From positions 13,716 to 77,715 of the forward strand of contig CAZEEI010000003.1 in assembly GCA_964511175.1 (NCBI GenBank): a stretch of 64,000 bases of DNA. Direction: 5' to 3'. A model generated the notes under the pieces. That model saw only the letters and a list, made by a program, of their open reading frames with translations, did no database searches and was not told the DNA's origin. How positions within the stretch are numbered: position 1 is the first letter of the stretch; the number at the start of each line of letters is the position of its first letter. Positions 9,301 to 18,867 of the stretch are shown here, piece by piece. A program made the position numbers and the translations under genes. The stretch comes from an uncultured Pseudomonadales bacterium. Lineage in GTDB: Bacteria; Patescibacteriota; Microgenomatia; UBA1400; UBA1396.

Positions 9301-10533
9301 ATGGATATCTATAACACCTTAACACAATCGGTTGAAACCATTAGTAATCTACCAAACAAGAACAAATTTGGTGTTTATACTTGTGGTCCCACCGTTTACG
9401 ACTACGCCCACTTAGGTCATATGCGCAAGTACACTATGGATGACATTTTGCTGCGCACGCTGCGACTAGCCGGTTTTCCGGTTAAGCACGTTATGAACAT
9501 TACTGACGTCGGCCACCTGGTTTCTGATGCCGATACCGGCGAAGATAAAATGGAGAAAGGCGCCCGCCGGACGGGTAAAACCGTTTGGGAAGTGGCCAAG
9601 TTTTTTGAGGACGACTTCTGGCGTAAGTTTGATCTGATGGGTCTGATTCGCCCGGACATTGCGCCCCGCGCTACCGACCATATCCCGGAGCAGATCGAGT
9701 TAGTCCAAGCTTTGGAGAAAAATGGCTTCACCTACGTTATACCTGGCGATGGTGTGTATTTTGATACCAGTAAAGACCCACACTACGGTGAACTGGCCCA
9801 TCTTAAACTCAGTCAACAACAGGAGGGGGCGAGGATTGGTGTAGTTGAAGGTAAGCGCAATGCCAGCGATTTTGCCTTATGGAAGTTTTCACCTCAAGAT
9901 CAACAGCGACAAATGGAGTGGGAATCGCCTTGGGGGATTGGTTTCCCGGGTTGGCATATCGAATGTTCCGCTATGAGTATGAAATATTTGGGTTCGCAGT
10001 TCGCCCTACATACTGGTGGTATTGACCATATTCCCGTTCATCACCCTAACGAAATTGCTCAAGCCGAAAACGCCACCGGTAAAAGACCCTTTGTGCGTTA
10101 CTGGGTACACCACAACTTTTTGCGGATCGATGGACAAAAAATGAGTAAGTCTCTGCAGAACTTCTACACTTTGGAAGACATTGTGGCCAAAGGATTTTCA
10201 CCGATGGCTCTCAAATTGCTTTTCCTGCAGGCGCATTACCGTGACGAGCTGAACTTTACCTGGGACAGTTTGGCGGCGGCGCAAAAAGGTTACGAGCGGC
10301 TACAACGGCAGATCCAGAAATTACTGGCGGCGGCGGGTTACCAAAATCTCGAAGAAGTGCCAGATTTGGTGGGAGAACCATCGCCGGAACTGGCGCGCTT
10401 TATCGAGTTAATGGAAAATGACCTGAAGACGCCGCAGGCACTGGCGATCATGTGGGGAACGCTTAAGGGTGCCAGTTCAGCTGAGTTGCCGGATTTGAAG
10501 CGGATGTTGGGGTATTTTGGGTTAGAGGTATAG
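9301..10533 (+). CDS. cysS: Cysteine--tRNA ligase (short C-terminus)
   Basis: CGPTVY, HLGH, PGWHIECSAM, KMSKS. Confidence 0.96.
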   Translation: MDIYNTLTQSVETISNLPNKNKFGVYTCGPTVYDYAHLGHMRKYTMDDILLRTLRLAGFPVKHVMNITDVGHLVSDADTGEDKMEKGARRTGKTVWEVAKFFEDDFWRKFDLMGLIRPDIAPRATDHIPEQIELVQALEKNGFTYVIPGDGVYFDTSKDPHYGELAHLKLSQQQEGARIGVVEGKRNASDFALWKFSPQDQQRQMEWESPWGIGFPGWHIECSAMSMKYLGSQFALHTGGIDHIPVHHPNEIAQAENATGKRPFVRYWVHHNFLRIDGQKMSKSLQNFYTLEDIVAKGFSPMALKLLFLQAHYRDELNFTWDSLAAAQKGYERLQRQIQKLLAAAGYQNLEEVPDLVGEPSPELARFIELMENDLKTPQALAIMWGTLKGASSAELPDLKRMLGYFGLEV

Positions 10534-10559
10534 TATTTTTGACCTTAACCTATGATATC

Positions 10560-10583
10560 TTGTGAATATCTAGATATTTACAA
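10560..10583. promoter_or_regulatory. 24-bp palindromic operator overlapping the putative hsdM promoter
   Basis: TTGTGAATATCT|AGATATTTACAA (11/12 symmetric); overlaps TTTACA (-35) located 16 nt before TACAGT (-10, preceded by TG-n). Confidence 0.6.
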
Positions 10584-10633
10584 ATCATATTTTTCTGCTA
10601 CAGTGAGCCCATGAGCAAACGAGCAGAAACAAT

Positions 10634-12340
10634 ATGAACAATTCCAACCAGCCCCAATCTCTCCTGTTAAGTATCGGTCAAGTAGCCAAAATCTTTGGTA
10701 TTCATCAAGATACCCTGAGGAATTGGGAAAAAAGGGGAATATTAACACCACTAAGGGTTGGGGCACGTAGAGATCGTCGTTACAAACAGGCAGACATTGA
10801 AAAGATTGTCGACAAAGACCTAGGCAGCTTGTTAGTCGAGATCAGCGAGCAAAAAATAACGCTCACGCAACTTAAACAATTTTTATGGAAAAGCGCCGAC
10901 ATTCTTAGGGGGAAAATCGACAGCAGTGATTATAAAAAGTACATCTTTGGGCTTTTATTTTACAAGCGAATCAGTGATACCTGGGACGAAGAATATCAGA
11001 TAACTCTGGATGAATATCATGATGAGGCGCTAGCCTTAGCTGACTATAATCACCGATTCCAAGTACCCAGGGATTGTCAGTGGTCAGTGATTACTGAGAC
11101 TTCAAAAAATATTGGGCAAAAACTAAACGACATTTTCGATAAGATTACTAATGTAAACAGCCCAAAACTAGATAAGATTTTTGCTGACCTTGACTTTGCC
11201 AACAAAGACCGCTTTCCAAATGAAACACTTCAACGACTAATTAACCACTTCTCTCAGTATAACTTTGGTAATACCTACATTAACTCTGATCTTCTAGGCG
11301 ATGCCTACGAGTACCTTATTGGCCAATTTGCAGCCGATGCAGGTAAGAAAGGCGGAGAATTCTATACCCCCCGCGAAGTTGAGCGCGTCATTATTAATAT
11401 TGTTAAGCCACATCAAAAGGACCACATCTATGACCCCACCGTAGGTTCAGGTGGCTTTCTTCTTGAGGCGTATAACTATCTTAAAAATAAGTCTGGAGAA
11501 CAGATTGCCCGCAGCCTATATCTCTATGGGCAAGAAATCAACCTCAGCACTTTTGCCATTGCCAAGATTAACATGTTCCTGCATGGACTGGATAGCGCCG
11601 ACATTAGGCGTGGTGATACACTGGCTAACCCGCAATTCCTTAACGATGTAGGCAATCTGCAAACCTTTGATATTGTTGTGGCTAATCCCCCATACTCCAT
11701 TAAGGATTGGGAGTTCGAACTATTCAAAAGTGACAAATATGGTCGAACGGAGGGTTTTGACCAGCCACCTAAAAAGAATGCTGATTACGCTTTTGTTCTC
11801 CATATTCTCAAGTCGATGAACGCCAATGGTCGGGCCGGGGTGGTATTACCGCACGGCGTTTTGTTTCGCGGCGGGAGTGAAGGGCGTATCCGTGAGCAAA
11901 TTATTAAAAGTGACCTTTTAGAGGCCATCGTGGCCCTGCCAGCTAAGCTATTCTATGGTACTGGTATTCCAGCCGCCATCCTGATCTTTAACAGAAACAA
12001 GCCGGAACATAAAAAGGGCAAGGTTCTCATTATTGATGGCGAACACGATTATTTGGAAGGTAAAAATCAAAATACGCTCAGGAAACAGGATATAGACAAA
12101 ATTGTTAAGGCTTATGACCAGTATGGGGATGCTGAAAAGTACGCCAAAGTAGTAGGTGTTAAAGAGATTGAAGAAAACGATTTCAACCTCAATGTCAGAC
12201 GCTACATTGACTCGACGGATGAGCAGGAAATGATTGATGTCAAGCAGGTTTGGAGTGAAATTAAACAGTTGGAAATAGAAAGAGACGAGATTGATAAAAA
12301 AGTGACAGGTTTTATTAAGGAGCTAGGCTATGACGATTAA
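10634..12340 (+). CDS. hsdM: Type I R-M methyltransferase HsdM with N-terminal MerR-type HTH
   Basis: GEFYTP, DPTVGSGG, NPPY, LPHGVLFRG; N-terminus IGQVAKIFGIHQDTLRNWEKRG...RRY is a MerR/excisionase-like wHTH. Confidence 0.93.
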   Translation: MNNSNQPQSLLLSIGQVAKIFGIHQDTLRNWEKRGILTPLRVGARRDRRYKQADIEKIVDKDLGSLLVEISEQKITLTQLKQFLWKSADILRGKIDSSDYKKYIFGLLFYKRISDTWDEEYQITLDEYHDEALALADYNHRFQVPRDCQWSVITETSKNIGQKLNDIFDKITNVNSPKLDKIFADLDFANKDRFPNETLQRLINHFSQYNFGNTYINSDLLGDAYEYLIGQFAADAGKKGGEFYTPREVERVIINIVKPHQKDHIYDPTVGSGGFLLEAYNYLKNKSGEQIARSLYLYGQEINLSTFAIAKINMFLHGLDSADIRRGDTLANPQFLNDVGNLQTFDIVVANPPYSIKDWEFELFKSDKYGRTEGFDQPPKKNADYAFVLHILKSMNANGRAGVVLPHGVLFRGGSEGRIREQIIKSDLLEAIVALPAKLFYGTGIPAAILIFNRNKPEHKKGKVLIIDGEHDYLEGKNQNTLRKQDIDKIVKAYDQYGDAEKYAKVVGVKEIEENDFNLNVRRYIDSTDEQEMIDVKQVWSEIKQLEIERDEIDKKVTGFIKELGYDD

Positions 12341-13154
12341 ACTAGTCATTTTTGAAGAAATCAAGCGCACCAATGAGTACCAATCAGAATATTGGTCGGC
12401 ACGGCAATTAGCCAGGGCTTTGGAGTATAAAGATTACCGCAATTTTGAAACGGTGCTTGGAAAAGCCAAAGAAGCGTGTAAAAACAGTGGTCAATCGGTA
12501 GAAGATCATTTCGGTGATGTCACCGACATGATCGAAGTCGGTAAAACTGCTTCACGAGAAATTAGTGATACCTATCTGTCCCGGTACGCTTGTTATTTGG
12601 TTGTACAAAATGCTGATCCGGCTAAAGAAATAGTCGCTTTGGGGCAAACCTATTTTGCGATCCAAACCAGAAAGCAAGAAGTTCAGGAGCAGCTTGTCGA
12701 AGATCAGAAACGATTGTTTTTGCGGGATGAAGTTACCACGCACAATAAACATCTGGCAGAAACGGCCTCTAAGGCTGGAGTGAAAAACTATGCTGTCTTT
12801 ACTAACTATGGCTATATGGGGTTATACGGTGGTTTGAAAGTGCAGGATCTCCACAAACAGAAGAGGCTTAAGAAGAGCCAGAAGATTTTAGATCACATGG
12901 GTAGTGAAGAGCTGGCAGCCAATTTATTCCGTGCTACTCAAACCGATGCCAAGATTAAGCGGGAGCAGATCCAAGGTGAGGCCAGAGCTAATCAAGCCCA
13001 TTTTGTTGTGGGCAGAAAGGTTAGGCAGACGATTGGAGAATTAGGCGGAACCATGCCGGAGAAGTTGCCAACTCCCGACGGGGTGGGACGGGCAAAGACT
13101 AGAGCTAATAAGTTGGCGGCGCAGAAGAGAAAAGAGTTGGAAAAGTCGACATGA
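12330..13154 (+). CDS. dinD: DNA damage-inducible protein D (Bro-N-like)
   Basis: EYWSARQL, LSRYACYLVVQNADP.K, ILDHMGSEELAANLFRATQT. Confidence 0.9.
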   Translation: MTIKLVIFEEIKRTNEYQSEYWSARQLARALEYKDYRNFETVLGKAKEACKNSGQSVEDHFGDVTDMIEVGKTASREISDTYLSRYACYLVVQNADPAKEIVALGQTYFAIQTRKQEVQEQLVEDQKRLFLRDEVTTHNKHLAETASKAGVKNYAVFTNYGYMGLYGGLKVQDLHKQKRLKKSQKILDHMGSEELAANLFRATQTDAKIKREQIQGEARANQAHFVVGRKVRQTIGELGGTMPEKLPTPDGVGRAKTRANKLAAQKRKELEKST

Positions 13155-14341
13155 AAAACCAAATGACAAGCAACTGGCAGGCAAAGCAAATTAAGGACTT
13201 GCTCGATTACGAGCGTCCTGATAAATATATTGTTGAAAACACATACTATATTGACTCAGGAACTCCAGTGCTGACCGCTAATAAATCCTTTATTTTGGGT
13301 TATACAGATGAAGAAACAGGTATCTACGATAATGTACCCGCAATAATTTTTGATGATTTTACAACAGACAGTAAATTTGTTGATTTTCCTTTCAAAGTTA
13401 AGTCATCCGCAATTAAAATTCTAAAAGAAAAAAGCAAAGAGGTGGATATAAGGTTTGTATTTGAGAGAATGAAATCCATCAATTTCCCTACAGGAAATCA
13501 TAAGCGATATTATATCTCTCAATACCAAAACATGAAGATTGCAGTACCCTCTTTGCCTATTCAGAAAAAAATATCCAACATTCTTTCTACTATTGATGAA
13601 GCTATTCAAAAAACGGATCAAATAATCAAAAAAACTAAAAAACTCAAGCAAGGGCTAATGAACGAATTACTAACGAAGGGTATTGGGCATAAAAAGTTTA
13701 AAAAGACAAAAATCGGTGAGATTCCTAAAAAGTGGAAAGTAACTTCTATTCTGGATTCTGATATACAAATCATTGACGGCGATAGAGGCCTTAGCTATCC
13801 CAACAAGAACGATTTTTCTAATGAAGGATATTGCTTATTCTTAAGCGCTAGAAATTTTATTGATGATCATTTTGATTTTAGAGAATACGTCTTTATTTCT
13901 AAAGAAAAAGATAATCAACTGAGAAAAGGCAAACTGAAAAAAGGGGATGTCGTTCTCACTACAAGAGGTACTGTTGGAAGTGTGGCAATTTATAATGATT
14001 CAGTTCCATTTGAGGACATTAGAATTAACTCAGGAATGTTAATTTTTCGTGCAGAGGGTGAAATCGACAATAATTTCCTTTATTTTTTACTAAAAAGTCC
14101 GTACTTTAAGGAAAGATATAATCAGTTGGGGTCTGGTTCAGCGCAACCTCAACTTCCGATTAGGAGTTTAAGAAATCTATTAATACCAATACCTACTATT
14201 GACGAACAGCGCGAAATAGCGAGCAAATTATCTTTTTTGGATTTAAAACATGATAAAGAAATTGCACAATTATTGAACTTAAAAATGCTTAAGAGTGGCT
14301 TGATGTACGATATTTTTAACCAGAAAGTACAAATTAACTAA
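13151..14341 (+). CDS. hsdS: Type I R-M specificity subunit
   Basis: Two TRDs with conserved P-x3-Q helical spacers (PSLPIQKKI, PTIDEQREI), LKQGLMNELLTKG and GEIP..W. Confidence 0.93.
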   Translation: MKNQMTSNWQAKQIKDLLDYERPDKYIVENTYYIDSGTPVLTANKSFILGYTDEETGIYDNVPAIIFDDFTTDSKFVDFPFKVKSSAIKILKEKSKEVDIRFVFERMKSINFPTGNHKRYYISQYQNMKIAVPSLPIQKKISNILSTIDEAIQKTDQIIKKTKKLKQGLMNELLTKGIGHKKFKKTKIGEIPKKWKVTSILDSDIQIIDGDRGLSYPNKNDFSNEGYCLFLSARNFIDDHFDFREYVFISKEKDNQLRKGKLKKGDVVLTTRGTVGSVAIYNDSVPFEDIRINSGMLIFRAEGEIDNNFLYFLLKSPYFKERYNQLGSGSAQPQLPIRSLRNLLIPIPTIDEQREIASKLSFLDLKHDKEIAQLLNLKMLKSGLMYDIFNQKVQIN

Positions 14342-14342
14342 T

Positions 14343-15215
14343 ATGAGTACATCAAGTAGATTTGACCAATTTTTAAGCAATATCAAACTAACATCTGATC
14401 AACTTGCCGATGCAAAGACTAAGTACGATGGAGTCTGTAAAAAAATACATGATCATTACTATTCGAGTGACTATGATGGTTCTACAAAACTACTTATTGG
14501 TTCTTATGGAAAGAGAACAAATATCCGTCCAGCACGAGATGTAGATGTGATTTTCATGCTTCCAGCCTCTGAATACAAACAATCAACAAATGATTATAAT
14601 TACCAGTCTTCTCTACTGCAAAAGATAAAACGCATTTTAGAAGAAAAATACCCCGATACTGACATTTGTGGCGATGGACCAGTTGTTGTCGTTAATTTTA
14701 GTAACAATCATTTTATTGAAGTAGTTCCTGCCATTGAGTTAACAAATGACAAATTTTATATTCCTTCTACAAGTAGTGGTGGCTACTGGAAGCTTGACGA
14801 CCCTCGAGCTTTATATAGGTTCATCAACGACTCAGACAATAACACCAACGGTAACACACGAAATCTTATCCGTATGATAAAAAAATGGCAGGACTCTTGT
14901 AATGTTCCAGTTAAGTCACTTGTTATAGAAATCAGAGCAGTATTATTTTTAATTGATTATGAATACAAAGATAAAGGTTCTACATACTATGACTGGATGA
15001 TTAGAGATTATTTCAAACAACTCATCGAGAAAACCAACAACACATATATTTTACCTGGATTAACCGAGAAAATTTATTACGGTGATGCTTGGAAATCAAA
15101 AGCAAAGACAGCTTATGCTCGTGCAATAAAAGCCTGTCAGTATGAGTCAGATAAAGAAGAAACATTAGCGGCCGAAGAATGGAAGAAAATATTCGGTGAA
15201 GACTATTGGTATTAA
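14343..15215 (+). CDS. SMODS/CD-NTase cyclic oligonucleotide synthase (CBASS cyclase)
   Basis: GSYGKRTNIRPARDVDV nucleotidyltransferase motif, IEVVPA, LIRMIKKW...KSLVIE, W..IFG C-terminus. Confidence 0.9.
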   Translation: MSTSSRFDQFLSNIKLTSDQLADAKTKYDGVCKKIHDHYYSSDYDGSTKLLIGSYGKRTNIRPARDVDVIFMLPASEYKQSTNDYNYQSSLLQKIKRILEEKYPDTDICGDGPVVVVNFSNNHFIEVVPAIELTNDKFYIPSTSSGGYWKLDDPRALYRFINDSDNNTNGNTRNLIRMIKKWQDSCNVPVKSLVIEIRAVLFLIDYEYKDKGSTYYDWMIRDYFKQLIEKTNNTYILPGLTEKIYYGDAWKSKAKTAYARAIKACQYESDKEETLAAEEWKKIFGEDYWY

Positions 15216-15217
15216 AT

Positions 15218-15790
15218 ATGGACAAAACAAATTTAGAAGTTATCAGGGAGTCTTTCGGCAAAGTTTGCTACTCTCACAAAACTCACGAAAAGGACTGCGA
15301 AATACAATCTAGGTACGCAACAATGGTGAAGTGGGTAAATATCGCTCTAATTGCCACCACGACAGGATCATTACTTAGCACATTGCTTGCTGATCAAAAC
15401 CTGATTGTTGTCAGTGCTATTTTTTCCTCCATCACGCTAGGTTTCAGCATTTTTCAAATCAGCTTTAATCCAGAAAAAAAGGCAGCGAGGTACAAACAGG
15501 TAGCTAACTCCCTGTGGCTTATTAGAGAAAAATACGTAAGCCTAATGGCCGATATTATTAACTCAAGTGTTAAGGAGAAAGAAATTATTAAACGCAGAGA
15601 CGAATTGATGAATGAACTTGATTTTCTTTATAAAGCTGCACCAAGCACCAGTAGCTCTGCATACGAAAAGGCTGGGGTTGCTCTACAGTTAAACGAGGAG
15701 CTTACATTTTCTGATAAAGAAATTAATCAATTCCTCCCAAATAGTTTGCATATTACGAGTCCAAAAAAGAATAAGCATTATGAAATTTAA
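15218..15790 (+). CDS. SLATT-family 2TM effector (SLATT_4-like, CBASS effector)
   Basis: IRESFGKVCYSHKTHEK, two hydrophobic helices, LW.IRE.Y.SL, AP.TSS.AY..A...L...EE.TFS..EI..FLP; directly after the CD-NTase. Confidence 0.87.
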   Translation: MDKTNLEVIRESFGKVCYSHKTHEKDCEIQSRYATMVKWVNIALIATTTGSLLSTLLADQNLIVVSAIFSSITLGFSIFQISFNPEKKAARYKQVANSLWLIREKYVSLMADIINSSVKEKEIIKRRDELMNELDFLYKAAPSTSSSAYEKAGVALQLNEELTFSDKEINQFLPNSLHITSPKKNKHYEI

Positions 15791-18719
15791 CGAACAGCAC
15801 ACCGTCGAAAATCATATCATCAAGTTTCTATCCATAACTCTTGGCTATGAGTACATCAAGCCAGAGGAGTTTGCCCTTTTGCGGGAGCTTGAAAACCAGT
15901 ATTTGGTTACTTCACACCTGGCAGAAGCCATTAAACAGATCAACAACCTAACCGATGATACCGAAGTGCAAAGTGTTATCAGAGAAATAAAGAAGATTGA
16001 CTCCAATGAGGGCTTCTTAGACCTGATGAGAAACGGGGTCAATCTCAAGGATCCTTCGACGGGCAAGACGAAGGATTACGCGGTTGTTGACGCCGACAAT
16101 CCCGAAAATAATCGTTTTGTCGTTACTAATCAATTTTATTTTGAAGGTAATCTGGAAAACATCAGAACCGATGTGATGGTTTTCTTGAATGGTATCCCTG
16201 TAGTCGATATCGAGGCCAAAAGCCCCACTGCCTCAACTAGTGTTAGTTACGAGAACGCCATTGGCCAGATCAAACGCTATGAGAGAGCGGCCATGAAACT
16301 CTTTTGGCCCAATATGTTTAATATAGCTACTGATGGATTAAAGACTGTTTATGGTACTACTTACGCCCCAGATCAGTATTTTCTGCAATGGCGTGATGAT
16401 GAGCTTGAAAAGAAACTAGGCAGACAATTAGAGATGACTTTGGCGGCACTATTGGACAAAGAGAGATTATTGGACATTATCAAGAACTTTATTCTTTTTG
16501 AACAAACCAAAGATGGCCGCATTAAAAAGATGGCTCGTTATCAGCAGTTAAGGGCCACCAATAAGATTCTGGAGCGAGTACGGGGTGGCGAAAAAAGACG
16601 TGGCTTAGTTTGGCATACTCAGGGTTCCGGCAAGTCACTCACGATGTTTTTCACTGCGTGGAAGCTAAGGTTTTCTAAAGAATTGAAGAATCCTAAGGTT
16701 TTTATATTAGTAGATCGAATTGACCTTGATGACCAGATTTATGACACGTTCGTCAATGCAGGCGGCACAAACGTTATACGAGTGACTTCTAGGCGTGATC
16801 TTCAGGAAAAAATCACCAATGATGAGCGAGGTATCTTTATCTCGACCATCGAAAAATTCAACGAACTGCCGCTTGATTTAGACAATCCTAATGAGAACAT
16901 TATTGTCCTTTCTGATGAAGCGCACCGGACTAACGAGGGTGTGGCGGCGATTAAATTGCGGGATTCTATGGGAAAGGCATTTTTCTTTGGCTTTACCGGT
17001 ACACCGATTGACAAAAAAACACTCAATACTCATCGTAATTTTGGTCAAGAGGGTGAGAGGTATTTGGATTATTACTCAATTCAGCAGGCTATTGATGATG
17101 GGGCAACCCTGCCGGTCACCTATGAAGCAAGGTTATCTAAATTTTTTATTAACGAGGATCGAATTGATGAGCAATTCGACGCAGTAACACAGGATCTCAG
17201 TGCAGAACAAAAACAGCTAATTATGAGGCGCTTTGGTAAGAAAGAGGCCTTGATCAAACTCGATCAACGGATGAGGATCATTGCTCAGGATATTATTGAT
17301 CACTATAGGCTTTATATTGAACCCAATGGTTTCAAAGCGCAAATTGTCTGCTATGACCGGGAAGAGACGGCTAAATATAAACAATTGCTGGATGAGCTGG
17401 TGTCCCCCGAATGTACGGCGGTGGTGTATTCATCTGGAGATCCAAATACAGATAGTGAGCGCTTGCGCGAGTACAACACGACTAAATCTCAGCGTGAACA
17501 GATAATTGCTTCTTTTAAGGATCCAAATAGTTCTCTCAAATTGCTTCTGGTCTGTGACATGCTTTTAACCGGTTTTGATGCGCCAATTGAGCAGGCAATG
17601 TACCTGGACAAGCCTCTAAGAGACCATAATTTACTACAAGCAATTGCTCGGACAAACCGTACTTATCCTCATAAGGGTTGTGGCAAAATTATTGACTACT
17701 ACGGCATTACGCGCAATCTCTATGATGCTCTTAATTTTGACGAGAGCATCATTGATTCAGCTTTGATTGATCTTGATTATTTGAAGCAGGAGTTTCTCGA
17801 AATACTGGGTGAAATTAAAGATATTTTTGTTGGCATCAATCAGGAAGATCCGTCCATCAACAACCTCAGAGTTTGTCTGAAAATTTTTATTGATAATGAG
17901 GATAAGCAGAGATTCTTTACCGACAAGTATTCCAGGATGAAGCTATTATTTGAGGTATTATCTCCCGATCCTTTCTTGGGTGAATATATTCGCATTTTTG
18001 AGTGGATTACTAGTGTTTATATTGCTTTTGTCAATGAGTTTCGATCGGAAAACTTGGCAATGAACGCTTTTAGGAATGGTGATATTCCCACTTTTGGTGA
18101 ATATGGGGAAAAAGTCAAAAAACTTATTCAAGACAATCTGGATTATGAGGGCATTACCAAAAACTTTCGAGAATTAAATATTAATGATATTTACACTCTC
18201 GAGCGTCTGGACAAAATGGATGATGAAGAAAAAGCACTAGCACTCGAAAAAATGCTCAGCCAGGAAATTACAGCCAATCTTGACACAGACCCCACTTTTC
18301 AGAAGTTTAGTGAAAGACTTAGAGCCATTCGTGAGGAGTTTGAGCATCATCAGATTGATCTTTCGGAACGAATTAAACGCTATTACGAGTTAATGAATGA
18401 CATTAAAAATAAAAATGACTTGGCTAAAGAACTGGGACTAAATCTGAGAGAATACGGTTTATATCTAATTTGTCAGGAATATATACCAGAAACTTCTCAA
18501 TCAGTGTTAACCGATTTATCTAGAGATTTGTCAAGAAGAATAGAATCAATTCTCGACGTAGATTGGCAAACCTCCTCAAAACGTGAGGAATTTTTGAAAG
18601 GTATTAAACAGGCAATACAAGAGGTTATTTTAAGGGATTATCGGGGAAGAATTAAAGTAGGTGCTTTCCCCAAAATGCTCAATAGGTTGGTGGATATAAC
18701 TTTTAAAAAATTTACCTAG
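15780..18719 (+). CDS. hsdR: Type I R-M restriction subunit HsdR
   Basis: Nuclease D...EAK motif, HTQGSGKS, DEAH, FTGTP, MLLTGFDAP, QAIARTNR. Confidence 0.95.
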   Translation: MKFNEQHTVENHIIKFLSITLGYEYIKPEEFALLRELENQYLVTSHLAEAIKQINNLTDDTEVQSVIREIKKIDSNEGFLDLMRNGVNLKDPSTGKTKDYAVVDADNPENNRFVVTNQFYFEGNLENIRTDVMVFLNGIPVVDIEAKSPTASTSVSYENAIGQIKRYERAAMKLFWPNMFNIATDGLKTVYGTTYAPDQYFLQWRDDELEKKLGRQLEMTLAALLDKERLLDIIKNFILFEQTKDGRIKKMARYQQLRATNKILERVRGGEKRRGLVWHTQGSGKSLTMFFTAWKLRFSKELKNPKVFILVDRIDLDDQIYDTFVNAGGTNVIRVTSRRDLQEKITNDERGIFISTIEKFNELPLDLDNPNENIIVLSDEAHRTNEGVAAIKLRDSMGKAFFFGFTGTPIDKKTLNTHRNFGQEGERYLDYYSIQQAIDDGATLPVTYEARLSKFFINEDRIDEQFDAVTQDLSAEQKQLIMRRFGKKEALIKLDQRMRIIAQDIIDHYRLYIEPNGFKAQIVCYDREETAKYKQLLDELVSPECTAVVYSSGDPNTDSERLREYNTTKSQREQIIASFKDPNSSLKLLLVCDMLLTGFDAPIEQAMYLDKPLRDHNLLQAIARTNRTYPHKGCGKIIDYYGITRNLYDALNFDESIIDSALIDLDYLKQEFLEILGEIKDIFVGINQEDPSINNLRVCLKIFIDNEDKQRFFTDKYSRMKLLFEVLSPDPFLGEYIRIFEWITSVYIAFVNEFRSENLAMNAFRNGDIPTFGEYGEKVKKLIQDNLDYEGITKNFRELNINDIYTLERLDKMDDEEKALALEKMLSQEITANLDTDPTFQKFSERLRAIREEFEHHQIDLSERIKRYYELMNDIKNKNDLAKELGLNLREYGLYLICQEYIPETSQSVLTDLSRDLSRRIESILDVDWQTSSKREEFLKGIKQAIQEVILRDYRGRIKVGAFPKMLNRLVDITFKKFT

Positions 18720-18724
18720 CCAAC

Positions 18725-18787
18725 AAAAAAACGCCCGGGGCGGTTCTTTGCACTTGCCACTCCATTACTGGGGTGTCGTCTTGTCTG
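18725..18787 (-). ncRNA. Candidate orphan small RNA (promoter to terminator)
   Basis: Minus-strand TTGACA-N16-TACCAT promoter (18819-18792, with TG-n extension); GTAA tetraloop hairpin; CGCCC/GGGCG + U7 terminator. Confidence 0.5.
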
Positions 18788-18867
18788 TTTAATGGTAGCA
18801 AAATTGGTTTTTCTGTCAAGGTGTTAACCGTGGACCTAAGAAAAAAAAGTTTCGTTTTAGGAAAAAA

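Larger units (their letters stand above)
10560..18719 (+). mobile_element. Defence island: type I R-M with nested CBASS (no integrase visible)
   Basis: Visibly AT-richer block of six overlapping or abutting co-directional defence genes between core genes cysS and uvrA. Confidence 0.6.

Noticed and set aside
12601-12608. TTGTACAA inside dinD
   Set aside because: Isolated octamer in coding sequence without the N16-TTTTGATA arm or 22-bp phasing.
10534-18867. att direct repeats or an integrase for the defence island
   Set aside because: I found no convincing direct repeat at the two ends by eye and no recombinase gene, so the mobility mechanism is unsupported.
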